In this document: piece by piece, positions 20,133-29,689 of the stretch
How positions within the stretch are numbered: the first letter of the stretch is position 1
Layout of the letters: every line of letters begins with the position of its first letter
Origin: Arcobacteraceae bacterium
Lineage (GTDB): Bacteria; Campylobacterota; Campylobacteria; Campylobacterales; Arcobacteraceae
Assembly (NCBI GenBank): GCA_965224485.1
Contig: CBDCZH010000023.1
Coordinates: 40,376-104,375 of the forward strand
Length of the DNA: 64,000 nt
Direction of reading: 5' to 3'
Program-made: the position numbers and the translations under genes
Notes under the pieces: generated by a model
Told to the model about the DNA's origin: nothing
Databases searched by the model: none
Seen by the model: the letters and a program-made list of their open reading frames with translations, nothing else

Positions 20133-20214
20133 ATTTTTTTTAATCTTAAATTAAACTAAAATTTTTATGCAATGTTAAATAAACAAAATATACCTTACAT
20201 CTACAATTACAACT

Positions 20215-20237
20215 AATCCCCTATTTTAAAGGGGATT
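20215..20237. terminator. Hairpin AATCCCC-N9-GGGGATT
   Basis: 7-bp GC-containing stem between the small ORF downstream of putA and the convergent 19944 ORF. Confidence 0.5.
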
Positions 20238-20251
20238 AATTTCACGTTATT

Positions 20252-20359
20252 TTAAAATTCATCCGGATATTTTTTGTCAGATCTTTTATATTTAATATAT
20301 AAAAAAACTATTGCAATAAGAGAAATGATTACAAATACATTAAAAAAATCTAAAGGCAT
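20252..20359 (-). CDS. 35-aa single-TM peptide translationally coupled to putA
   Basis: Not in ORF track. ATG 20359-20357 immediately follows the putA TAG (..GAATAGATGCC..). Sequence MPLDFFNVFVIISLIAIVFLYIKYKRSDKKYPDEF, followed by a terminator hairpin. Confidence 0.35.
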   Translation of the reverse strand: MPLDFFNVFVIISLIAIVFLYIKYKRSDKKYPDEF

Positions 20360-23300
20360 CTATTCTATTCCTCTTGCACCAATATTCCCATATCTATGAT
20401 ATGAGTGTGAAATAGATTGCTCAATGAAATAATTCAATAATTCAATTCTACCTTCCATCATAGCTTCCATTCTAGTAATAAAAAGACTAAGTTTGTTAGC
20501 TTCTTTAAATACTAAAGAAGGAACTTTATTTATATTAGAATAAATTATTCTGTCATATGATTTAAAATATTTTACAAAATCTTCATCTTTTTCTTCTTTA
20601 AAACTATCTTTTGAAGTAAATAACTCAGGTGAACTAGCTAAAAGTTCTTTTATTGCATCATTATTATCAATTGAAACTTTAAAGTTAACCTTAGCAACTC
20701 TTGAAGCTAAAATTCTTGCTAATACTTCAAAAATACTATCATCAGAACTTACTCTAATAAGTACTTTTTGCAAAGCATGGTATCTAAAGTGATTATCTTC
20801 ACCTCTAACATTAGAATAATCTTTTTCTTTTAAGAACTCATTTTCATAATTTTCAATATATGATTGTAAAGCAATTTCTAGTTTTTCAAAATCTTCTTTA
20901 TTATTAGAAATAACCTTACATCTTGAGATAAATGATGTTAATTCACTTGTATACTCTTTTTGAACCTTAGGATGTTTAACTTCTTTAAAATTAACAAATT
21001 GAGTAATATAATTAAATATTCCAACTTTTCTTCCAGCTCCTATTGCTGATTTTCCCATTCCACCAAAAGGTTGTCTTAGAACAACAGCACCAGTTGTTCC
21101 TCTATTAACATATAGATTTCCAGCCTTAAGATGTTCTTTCCAATAAGTAACTTCTCTTTCATCTAAAGACTCAATTCCAGAAGTTAAACCATAACCAGTA
21201 GAATTAACAATATCAACAGCATCTTTTAAAGTACTAGCTCTCATAACAGATAAAACTGGTCCAAAAAGTTCATTTTTATGACAAAAACTACCTACTTGTA
21301 CACCCCATTTAATAGCTGGTTTTAACATATATTCGTTATTGTCTACATAAGCAGGTGCTAAAGCCCAAGATTCACCTCTTTCAAGAGTATCTATAGCTTG
21401 TTTAAGATTTCCACTAACCTTATTAGCTAAAGTTCCAATTTTATTTTTAAAATCCCAAACAGAACCAACACTCATAGAATTTGCAGTATCAATTAAAGCT
21501 TTTTTGAAATTTGCATCATTATAAACTTCATCTTCTAGAACTAATAAAGATGTAGCAGAACATTTTTGACCTGAATTTGAAAAAGCACTTAAACAAACAT
21601 TTTTAACAGCCTGTTCTCTATCCGCCATATTTGTTACAATTGTTGCATCTTTTCCACCAGTTTCAGCAGTTAAATATAAGTCTTCTCTTGCATTTAACAT
21701 AGCATGAGCAGTATCTTCTCCACCTGTTAAAATTACAAAATCAATATCTTTATTTTTAATTAAATGCTCTCCAGCTAAAGCACCAGGGCAAGCTAAGAAT
21801 TGTAAAGTATTTTTTGAAACTCCTGCATCCCAAAAACACTTGCACATTTCATATGAACATAAAGCAGCATCTGAAGCTGGTTTAATAATAACAGTATTTC
21901 CAGCAGCTAAAGCAGCAGCTATTCCACCTAAAGATATAGCAATTGGGAAATTCCAAGGAGGAATAATAACACCAACACCACGTCCAGAAAATTCTAAGTT
22001 TTCATATTTTTTGAAATAATTTATACTATAAGGATAAAATTCTAAGAAATCAACACTCTCAGATACTTCTACATCAGTCTCAGAAAACACTTTTCCAACT
22101 TCAGCAGCAGCCACTCCAATTAAATCATCTCGTCTTTCACGCACTTTAATTGCAACTTGTTTTAATACTTCATGTCTTTGATTATGTGTTTTATCTCTCC
22201 AGCCATCAATATCTTCTCTTGCAACTTCTACTGCTTTTTTAATATCAGCCTCATTAGCATTTGCAAATCTTCCTGCTAAAACACCATCTTTTAACTGAGA
22301 TTTATCAATAGCATCTTTTATAATTCTATTTTCAATTATATCAATACCAGCAACAACTACAGGAGCAATACTATGAACAGTATTTTTATCAAACTTCCAT
22401 TTTTTAACAATATTTTTTGCCCACTGTTTATTTTCATCTAAAATAAAATCAGTATCAGCTTCAGCATGATAAATACCAGTATCAAAAGCAGAATTTGAAA
22501 ATTCATTCCATTTTTCATCTAGTCTATTTTGTACTCTCTTAACTCCAACAAAAGATTTTTCTTCATTTTTAAAAGAGTCTTCAAAAATATCTTTTTGCAT
22601 ATTCCAGTTTTTTGAACCAACAGTTAAACCAAATGAATATCTAATAAAGTTACTAGGACCAGTATTTTCATCTAATCTTCTAACTAAATAAGCAATTGCA
22701 TTTGTAAACTGTTCTTTTGAAGCAGTTGGTGCATATAAGATAACTTCTTTTGAAATTTCTTTAATAGCTAGTCTTGCAGATTCACTCATACCTTCTAACA
22801 TTTCTAAAGTATGGTATTGCCCTACTTCATTGATATTTGCCAAAGTTGTAGCATAAGCTAGTTCAAATAAGTTATGAGAAGCAGTTCCTAGGTGTAAATA
22901 TGGAGCATTTTCTTTATCTAATGCATATCTAACCATTCTTTTATAATTTGAATCAGTATCTAGTTTTTTAGTATAAGTTACCATTTCCCAATGTTTTTGA
23001 GAAGCTTCTGTTTCTTCCATTTCCATGTTAGCACCTTTTACAAGTCTAACTTTAATAGCTTTTCCACCATCTTGTACTCTTTGTTTAACCCAAGAAGTTA
23101 ACTCTTTTTGCCAAAGAAATGAATCTGGTAAATATGCTTGAAGTACAATTCCAGCATATAAATCTTTAAACTCTTCTTTTTGCAAAGTTCTTTTAAATAC
23201 TTCAACTGTAATTGCTAAGTCTCTATACTCTTCCATATCAAGATTTATAAACTTATATTCATCTTTTCCATCTTGATTTTTAAAAGTATATTTTTTAGCC

Positions 23301-23932
23301 TGTGCATAAATTTTTGAAAGTTTCTCTACTAAAATCTCAACAGTTCCTTCAAAGTCTAAAGGATTAATTTGTGAAAAAATAGTTGATATTTTAATTGATA
23401 AATAATCAATATTTGGATTCTCAAGTGCTTTTAAATACTTTTCCATTCGCTCTTCTGCTTCTTCTTCACCAAGAACCACTTCACCAATAAGATTAATATT
23501 AACTCTAGTTCCTTCACTTTTACGCTTAAGTAAATGCTTATTAAAATATTCTGATTCTCCTTTTATTACAACAGTTTTAGTATCTTCTCTTATTTGATTT
23601 ACAAACATAGGAACAGAAATACTTGGAACATATTTACCTATATTTTGAAAAAACCATAAAAGAGTTCTATCTTTTGTTGTAAAGAAGTGAGCCATTCCAT
23701 GTTTTTGCAATAAAAAAATAATTTGATTTGCTATTCTATCTTTAGATTCTGCTCTAAAACATTGATCCATTAACTCAATTAATAAAGCCTTATCTTTTGG
23801 ATGATCTAACATTTTATTCATTTTTATATAAAATTCTTTATCAAAATCACTTACAAGTTGTGTTGCTCTATTTTGCCATTTTGAAGCTAGAGTTATTGCT
23901 TCTTTTATTATCTTTTTTTCATTCATTATCAA
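20360..23932 (-). CDS. putA: Bifunctional proline dehydrogenase / 1-pyrroline-5-carboxylate dehydrogenase
   Basis: 1190 aa. N-terminal PRODH barrel and C-terminal ALDH domain (FTGG-type TGGEDTA, catalytic Cys in GQKCSATS, ELFGPV). Confidence 0.92.
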   Translation of the reverse strand: MIMNEKKIIKEAITLASKWQNRATQLVSDFDKEFYIKMNKMLDHPKDKALLIELMDQCFRAESKDRIANQIIFLLQKHGMAHFFTTKDRTLLWFFQNIGKYVPSISVPMFVNQIREDTKTVVIKGESEYFNKHLLKRKSEGTRVNINLIGEVVLGEEEAEERMEKYLKALENPNIDYLSIKISTIFSQINPLDFEGTVEILVEKLSKIYAQAKKYTFKNQDGKDEYKFINLDMEEYRDLAITVEVFKRTLQKEEFKDLYAGIVLQAYLPDSFLWQKELTSWVKQRVQDGGKAIKVRLVKGANMEMEETEASQKHWEMVTYTKKLDTDSNYKRMVRYALDKENAPYLHLGTASHNLFELAYATTLANINEVGQYHTLEMLEGMSESARLAIKEISKEVILYAPTASKEQFTNAIAYLVRRLDENTGPSNFIRYSFGLTVGSKNWNMQKDIFEDSFKNEEKSFVGVKRVQNRLDEKWNEFSNSAFDTGIYHAEADTDFILDENKQWAKNIVKKWKFDKNTVHSIAPVVVAGIDIIENRIIKDAIDKSQLKDGVLAGRFANANEADIKKAVEVAREDIDGWRDKTHNQRHEVLKQVAIKVRERRDDLIGVAAAEVGKVFSETDVEVSESVDFLEFYPYSINYFKKYENLEFSGRGVGVIIPPWNFPIAISLGGIAAALAAGNTVIIKPASDAALCSYEMCKCFWDAGVSKNTLQFLACPGALAGEHLIKNKDIDFVILTGGEDTAHAMLNAREDLYLTAETGGKDATIVTNMADREQAVKNVCLSAFSNSGQKCSATSLLVLEDEVYNDANFKKALIDTANSMSVGSVWDFKNKIGTLANKVSGNLKQAIDTLERGESWALAPAYVDNNEYMLKPAIKWGVQVGSFCHKNELFGPVLSVMRASTLKDAVDIVNSTGYGLTSGIESLDEREVTYWKEHLKAGNLYVNRGTTGAVVLRQPFGGMGKSAIGAGRKVGIFNYITQFVNFKEVKHPKVQKEYTSELTSFISRCKVISNNKEDFEKLEIALQSYIENYENEFLKEKDYSNVRGEDNHFRYHALQKVLIRVSSDDSIFEVLARILASRVAKVNFKVSIDNNDAIKELLASSPELFTSKDSFKEEKDEDFVKYFKSYDRIIYSNINKVPSLVFKEANKLSLFITRMEAMMEGRIELLNYFIEQSISHSYHRYGNIGARGIE

Positions 23933-24002
23933 TTTCCTTAAAATTAATCTTTTTAAATAAATTTTATGTAGCTTTTCTTAATAAACGCAAGAAGGTCATC
24001 AA

Positions 24003-24026
24003 AGAAAGGGATTAATTCCCTTTTCT
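24003..24026 (-). terminator. Hairpin after livF
   Basis: AGAAAGGGA-TTAAT-TCCCTTT(T)CT about 20 nt after the livF stop. Short U-tract. Confidence 0.4.
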
Positions 24027-24043
24027 TGCTACTTAGTTTTTAT

Positions 24044-24767
24044 TTAGTGTTTTTTACCTAAATATGCTTCTTGTATTGTTGTTGAATTAAGAAGCTCTTG
24101 TGATGTACCTTCATGAGTTATTTTACCAACTTCTAAAACATATGCACGATCTGCCAATTTTAAAGCTGCTTTTGCATTTTGCTCTACTAATAAAACAGTA
24201 ACACCACTTTGTGCTATTTCTTTAACTGCTTTAAAAATTGCTTTTATTAAAATAGGTGCAAGTCCTAAAGAAGGTTCATCAAGTATTAAAAGTTTTGGTT
24301 TACTCATAATAGCTCTACCAATTGCTAACATTTGTTGCTCACCACCAGAAAGAGTACCAGCTAGCTGTTTACGTCTCTCTTTTAGTCTTGGGTAAAATAT
24401 CATAAATCCATTCTAAAGTCTCTTTATCATGGTCCTTTAATGTATAAGCACCCATCATTAAATTCTCTTCAACACTTAAAATTCCAAAGATTCTTCGCCC
24501 TTCAGGAGAGTGAGACATACCTAAACTAACAATATCATGAGCTTCTGTTTTACTAATATCATTTTTATCAAAAATTATATGACCAGATTTAGATTTTATT
24601 AAACCTGAAATTGTTTGTAAAGTAGTTGTTTTACCAGCTCCATTAGCTCCTAAAATAGTAACAATCTCACCTCTTCTAACTTGTAAAGAGATTCCTTTAA
24701 TAGCAGTAACTGCGCCATAAGATACATGTAAATCTCTAATATCTAATAATATTTCATTATTTACCAT
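24044..24767 (-). pseudogene. livF: Branched-chain amino acid ABC transporter ATP-binding protein LivF, frameshifted
   Basis: Two overlapping ORFs (24369..24767 and 24044..24403) together give a full LivF: Walker A GANGAGKTT, then [14 protein letters not shown] and LLILDEPS. The junction reads ..EWIYDI / [11 protein letters not shown]. One base too many in the T4 run (plus A4 at 24394-24397). Confidence 0.85.
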
Positions 24768-25547
24768 TATTCATCCTCCTCATCATCATCAATACCAATA
24801 TAAGCCTCAATAACTCTAGGGTCATCTTGAACAAAAGAAGGTTTTCCTTGAGAAATTTCTTTTCCAAAATTAATTACAGTAATATAATCAGTTAAATTCA
24901 TAACCATGCTCCATATCATGTTCAATCATCATGATACCAAGACCTTTTTCCTTGATTTTTCTAATAATTCTAGTTAACTCAATAGTTTCATTTTCATTTA
25001 AACCAGCAGCTGGTTCATCTAAAATTAGAATTTCAGGATCAGCTGCAAGAGCTCTTGCCATTTCAACTTTTCTTTGATTACCATATGATAAATCTCCTGC
25101 TGGAGTTGAAGCAAATTCACTCAAACCAAAAAAGTCCATTAATTCTTCTACTTTTTTCCAATGTTTAAGCTCATCTTTTTTATAAAAAGGTGTATGTATA
25201 ATTGAGTGATACCATTTTTGCTTAGACTTAGTATGTGTTCCAGCTATAATATTTTCAGCAACACTCATTTCTTTAAAAAGTCTAATATTTTGAAAAGTTC
25301 TTAAAACTCCTCTTTGAGCAATTTTATGGGGACTCATACCTGTTATATCTTCACCCTTATATTTAATACTTCCTTTTTCAGGAGTATAAATACCAGTAAC
25401 ACAATTAAAAAGTGTTGTTTTACCAGCACCATTAGGGCCTATAATTCCATATATTTGACCAGGTTTAACTTTTATAGTTAAATCATCAATAGCAACTAAA
25501 CCATGAAAGAATTTTGAAACATTAGTTATTTCTAAAACATATTCCAT
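24767..25547 (-). pseudogene. livG: Branched-chain amino acid ABC transporter ATP-binding protein LivG, frameshifted near 3' end
   Basis: The ORF ends prematurely (..IEHDMEHGYEFN*). Shifting by one base gives IEHDMEH-VMNLTDYITVINFGKEISQGKPSFVQDDPRVIEAYIGIDDDEEDE*, ending TAATG on the livF start. The extra base is in GG (plus CC at 24904-24905). Confidence 0.85.
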
Positions 25548-26521
25548 TATTTCTCCTTGCTTTCATTAGTTTTCTTAAGGGTTTTTCTTTTTAAGAAATC
25601 TGGAATATTTCCAAAAGAAGCTGGCCATACACCATTTGGTCTTAAAATCATTGTTAAAACCATAGCCGCACCAAAGATTAAGTAACGTGATTCTTTAAAT
25701 TCAGTAAATAATTCAGGTAATACAAACATTACGAATGTTCCAATAATAATACCAGGCACTGAAGCAGATCCACCTACAAGAACAATTGCAAAAAACATAA
25801 CACTTTGCATGAAGTTAAAAGACTCAGGACTTACAGCTGAGTATTGAATAGCAAAAATAGCTCCAGCAGCTCCTGCAATAGCAGCTCCTAATGCAAAAGC
25901 AAAAAGTTTATAATATGAGATATTTATTCCCATAGATTTTGCAGCAATTTCATCTTTATGTATATAATACAAAGCTCTTCCATATTTAGAAGCATCAAGA
26001 TTTTTGATAATTGCAAAAGTAATAAGTAATAAAGCAAAAGCCATATAATAAATCGCAGTATCTGAGAATAGTTCATATCCGAATATTCGCACTACATCTA
26101 TTCCAAAAATACCGTTAGGTCCTCCTGTTAGACCAAATACATCATTTGATAAAACTTGTTCAAAAATAATATTAAATCCAATAGTTGCAACTAATAAATA
26201 ATCACCTCTTAAGTGAATAATAGGACCAGCTATTAAAACTGAAATAATCATAGGAATTAATATAGCAAAAGGAAGAGTATAAATAATCTCCATTCCAAAA
26301 TGAACATTTAAAATAGCTGTTGTATATGCTCCCATTCCAAAAAAGATAGCATGACCCATATTAAAAATACCAGCACGTCCTAGAATAATATCTTGAGAAA
26401 AAGCAACTACTGCAAAAACTAAAAATGTAATTCCTATACTTAACCAAGCAGAATCAACTAAAAACGGAAAAATAGCCATTACTGCCATAAATAAAGTAGT
26501 AATTAGTGTTGTTTTATTCAT
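25547..26521 (-). CDS. livM: Branched-chain amino acid ABC transporter permease LivM
   Basis: 324 aa polytopic permease. Operon position and start/stop overlaps fit livH-livM-livG. Confidence 0.85.
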   Translation of the reverse strand: MNKTTLITTLFMAVMAIFPFLVDSAWLSIGITFLVFAVVAFSQDIILGRAGIFNMGHAIFFGMGAYTTAILNVHFGMEIIYTLPFAILIPMIISVLIAGPIIHLRGDYLLVATIGFNIIFEQVLSNDVFGLTGGPNGIFGIDVVRIFGYELFSDTAIYYMAFALLLITFAIIKNLDASKYGRALYYIHKDEIAAKSMGINISYYKLFAFALGAAIAGAAGAIFAIQYSAVSPESFNFMQSVMFFAIVLVGGSASVPGIIIGTFVMFVLPELFTEFKESRYLIFGAAMVLTMILRPNGVWPASFGNIPDFLKRKTLKKTNESKEK

Positions 26522-27423
26522 TATACTTTCTCCGCTATTTTTTCGCCTAATAAACCAGTAGGTCTTACAATTAAAATAATAATAAGCAATATAAAGGTAA
26601 ATGTTTCAGCCCACTCAGTTGAGATATAACCAGAAATCATAGCATTAAATAATCCTAATAATAAACCACCTAACATAGCACCTGGAATAGAACCAATTCC
26701 TCCAATAATAGCTGCAATAAAAGCATTTAAGCCATATAACCAACCCATATCAAAAGTCAAACCTCTATAATAAATACCAATAAATAGTCCACCAATAGCA
26801 CCTAACATAGAACCAATTACAAAAATAATAACAATAATTCTATTAACATTAATACCCATAAGTTTAGCAGCATCTTGATCAATAGCACTAGCTCTTATTG
26901 CTGTTCCCATTTTTGTTTTATTAATAAAAATATATAAAGCTATCATTAAAACGGCTGAAAGTATTAAAATTACTAATTGTGTAAAAGAAATTATTACCCC
27001 ACCAAAATTCCAAGAAGTACTTGGGAATATATCAGCTGGGAATATTTTCATATTTGGTCCCCAAATTAACATAATTGCATTTTGTATAACTAAAGATGCC
27101 CCTAGAGCTGAAACAACAGCACTAAGTCTTGGTGCAGTTCTTAAAGGTCTGTATGCAAGACGCTCAAGAAGAACACCTACAAAAGCTACAATAATTGATG
27201 TTAATAAAAACACTATAATAATGCTAACTAAAGAGTAAGCATTTGATCCAAAAAATTGTGTAAATACAGTAAGTCCTACATATGCAGAAAAGGCAACAAG
27301 GTCACCGTGTGCGAAGTTAATTAACTTCATCACACCGTAAACCATTGTATATCCTAAAGCTACTAGTGCATATAAACTTCCTATAGTTAAACCATTAATT
27401 AACTGTTGAAAAAAAATATCCAT
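26521..27423 (-). CDS. livH: Branched-chain amino acid ABC transporter permease LivH
   Basis: 300 aa polytopic permease, N-terminus MDIFFQQLINGLTIGSLYALVALGYTMVYG typical of LivH. Confidence 0.85.
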   Translation of the reverse strand: MDIFFQQLINGLTIGSLYALVALGYTMVYGVMKLINFAHGDLVAFSAYVGLTVFTQFFGSNAYSLVSIIIVFLLTSIIVAFVGVLLERLAYRPLRTAPRLSAVVSALGASLVIQNAIMLIWGPNMKIFPADIFPSTSWNFGGVIISFTQLVILILSAVLMIALYIFINKTKMGTAIRASAIDQDAAKLMGINVNRIIVIIFVIGSMLGAIGGLFIGIYYRGLTFDMGWLYGLNAFIAAIIGGIGSIPGAMLGGLLLGLFNAMISGYISTEWAETFTFILLIIILIVRPTGLLGEKIAEKV

Positions 27424-27444
27424 TTTATAATAACCTTATTTCAA

Positions 27445-28569
27445 TTATTGGGTAACTACTGTTTTACTACCATCATTGCTCATTTTATAAACAACAAATT
27501 TAGCACCAACTCTTTCACCATCTTCTCTAATATTAAAAGGACCTGTAATTCCAGGGAAGTCTTTCATATCATTTCTAATATATTCAGAGATTTTTTTAGT
27601 ATCAAAAGATTTGGTTTGCTCAACACCTTCAATAATTGCTCTTAATCCATCAGCATTAGTAACAGGCCAGATTGATGGAGGATCCATTTTAAATCTTGCT
27701 TTATAAGCTGCTAAATATTTTTTAGCTTCTTCGTATGGTAAAATTTCAGGAGTTGGAAAGTTAATTAAAATTGTTCCAGTTGCTGCTTTACCTGCTAGTT
27801 TATGAAAATCAGGATTATCATTTGAATCTCCACCTACAAAATCAGCTGGAATTTGTAATTGTGCTTGTTGTGATCTTAATAAACCACCATCAGTATAATA
27901 ACCAGAGTAATAAATAACATCAGGTTTCATAGATTTGATTTTAGTTAAGATTGCTGTAAAGTTTTGAGTTCCAGATTTAATCTTACCTCTAAAAATCACA
28001 TTTCCACCAATAGCTTTAAGTGAAGCTTCAGTTGAATCACCAAGTCCAGTTGAATATGATGAATAATCAGATAAAACTACAATTCTTTTATATTGTTTAG
28101 TATTTACCATATATTCAGCTGTAAAATCACTTTGTGAAGCATTTGGAAATGAATTTCTAAAAAAAGTCCAATATTTTCTTTTAATTAAACTATCACTTGT
28201 TCCATCAGAAGTTTGAAGAACTTTATTTCTATAATATGTAGTTTGAGCAGCTTCTGTTGCTCCTGAAGTATAAGAACCAATTACAGCAAAAACACCAGCA
28301 TTTACTAGTTTTTTAGCACAAACAGCAGCTTTTTGAGCTTTTGCTTCATCATCACAAGTAACGATTTCAATTTGTTTACCTAAAAGACCACCAGCGGCAT
28401 TCTTTTCATCAACAATTAATTTAACAAAGTTTTCAATACTTTGACCCTCATTTGCATATTTTCCAGTAATTGGAGCTTGAACACCAATTTTAACAGTATC
28501 AGCTGCACTTAATGCAGTACAAAGTGTAACACTTAGTGCTAATGCACCAACAAGTTTTGTAATTTTCAT
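27445..28569 (-). CDS. livJ: Branched-chain amino acid ABC transporter substrate-binding protein
   Basis: 374 aa, signal peptide MKITKLVGALALSVTLCTALSA, type I periplasmic binding fold sequence (KIGVQAPITGKYA..). Confidence 0.85.
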   Translation of the reverse strand: MKITKLVGALALSVTLCTALSAADTVKIGVQAPITGKYANEGQSIENFVKLIVDEKNAAGGLLGKQIEIVTCDDEAKAQKAAVCAKKLVNAGVFAVIGSYTSGATEAAQTTYYRNKVLQTSDGTSDSLIKRKYWTFFRNSFPNASQSDFTAEYMVNTKQYKRIVVLSDYSSYSTGLGDSTEASLKAIGGNVIFRGKIKSGTQNFTAILTKIKSMKPDVIYYSGYYTDGGLLRSQQAQLQIPADFVGGDSNDNPDFHKLAGKAATGTILINFPTPEILPYEEAKKYLAAYKARFKMDPPSIWPVTNADGLRAIIEGVEQTKSFDTKKISEYIRNDMKDFPGITGPFNIREDGERVGAKFVVYKMSNDGSKTVVTQ

Positions 28570-28596
28570 TTATTCTCCTCTTTTTTTTAAATAAAT

Positions 28597-29259
28597 CTAC
28601 TTAAAGATAGGCTTTATTATATAACAGCCAACAGACCATTGCCCGATATTGGCAATATCAATAATTTCTCCTCCTTCAAAGTTAGATTTTACATTCACAT
28701 ACTCACTTACAATTTCGTCAAAAGATTCAATAATATCTTTTAACCTTTGTGGAGCTTTTTTTCTAGCAGTATTTGAGATATCAAGATAAAAAGCAAAAAG
28801 ACCATAATCTAAAGTAGAATCATCTTTATTTTCTCTATTTAATATCTTACATATTTTATGAATTTCATTTTTATACTCTTCTTTTACATTTCTAACACCA
28901 TTTTTTAAAGACATAACAACTCTTGAAACAGAATCATTATCTGTTTTATGCTCAAATCTTTCATCTAAAGTTAAACATATTGTTTCAGGTGATAAATAAT
29001 TCTTTTTCATAAATTCTCTAAATCCATCTCTTTTAGGTAAAGAACATCGCAAAATATCAGCTATTGTCGCATCCATGAAAATTTCAGGAAAATTTTGCAA
29101 TTTTGCAATTTCTTGAGATACATGTATGCTTAAAAATTTAGCAGGAGCATAAGATAGATATAATTCATCCCCTGTCCAAGTAGCAAAGTTATTTCTTGCA
29201 ATTTTGATTCCTCTTAAAACTGCTTGAATTATTTCATCTTGTGAAGGAAAACTACTCAT
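28597..29259 (-). CDS. Unknown ~220-aa protein, second gene of the RHH cassette
   Basis: The ORF track starts at 29286. I prefer ATG 29259 (MSSFPSQDEII) because GAAGGAGAG lies 4-5 nt upstream and the ATG overlaps the RHH stop (ATGAGTAG). No family motif recognised. A weak D..SLK pattern is compatible with, but does not prove, a PD-(D/E)xK-like core. Confidence 0.6.
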   Translation of the reverse strand: MSSFPSQDEIIQAVLRGIKIARNNFATWTGDELYLSYAPAKFLSIHVSQEIAKLQNFPEIFMDATIADILRCSLPKRDGFREFMKKNYLSPETICLTLDERFEHKTDNDSVSRVVMSLKNGVRNVKEEYKNEIHKICKILNRENKDDSTLDYGLFAFYLDISNTARKKAPQRLKDIIESFDEIVSEYVNVKSNFEGGEIIDIANIGQWSVGCYIIKPIFK

Positions 29260-29491
29260 GTTTCTCTCCTTCATAGTTTTCATCAACTTCTTCTATGATT
29301 CCACTTTCATATAAGATGTCTTCAATTAGTCTATTTTTAGAAATGTTAATTTGTGTTGATAATAGGATTAAAGCTTTATCTAGTTTTTTGTCTATTTTAA
29401 TAGTAAGTTGAGAAATTTCTTTTTTGCCATTTTTAGTATGTTTATTAATAACATTTTTTATAACAGCTCTAGAGTTTTTTTGCTTCGCCAT
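29252..29491 (-). CDS. Ribbon-helix-helix (CopG/Arc-like) small DNA-binding protein
   Basis: 79 aa. Basic N-tail, then a beta-strand LTIKIDKKL, helix DKALILLSTQ and helix ISKNRLIEDILYE, then an acidic tail. This is antitoxin-like architecture. Confidence 0.6.
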   Translation of the reverse strand: MAKQKNSRAVIKNVINKHTKNGKKEISQLTIKIDKKLDKALILLSTQINISKNRLIEDILYESGIIEEVDENYEGEKHE

Positions 29492-29514
29492 ACATCCACT
29501 TTTTTAAATTAATT

Positions 29515-29539
29515 TAAGTACTACTTTTAGTAGTACTTA
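29515..29539 (-). promoter_or_regulatory. 10-bp perfect inverted repeat in the RHH gene leader (candidate operator)
   Basis: TAAGTACTAC-TTTTA-GTAGTACTTA, 24-48 nt upstream of the RHH ATG and just downstream of an extended -10-like TGTAATAAT (plus 29552-29560). Confidence 0.45.
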
Positions 29540-29628
29540 TTTTTCTTAATGATTATTACATTGGAAAAATTAAAATTAACTTAAAAATAATAGAAATTTT
29601 TTCTAAAAAAGGGTGAATGTATGACTAA

Positions 29629-29657
29629 GTAGCATAATGCTACGTTAATGCTACGTT
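29629..29657. repeat. Tandem 11-mer AATGCTACGTT x2 overlapping the palindrome GTAGCAT-A-ATGCTAC
   Basis: Read directly: 29636-29646 and 29647-29657 are identical. 29629-29643 is a 7+1+7 palindrome. It lies between the gntR stop and the RHH promoter. Confidence 0.6.
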
Positions 29658-29689
29658 AGGGTGTTTTTTTTGATTTTTTTTACGTAAAA

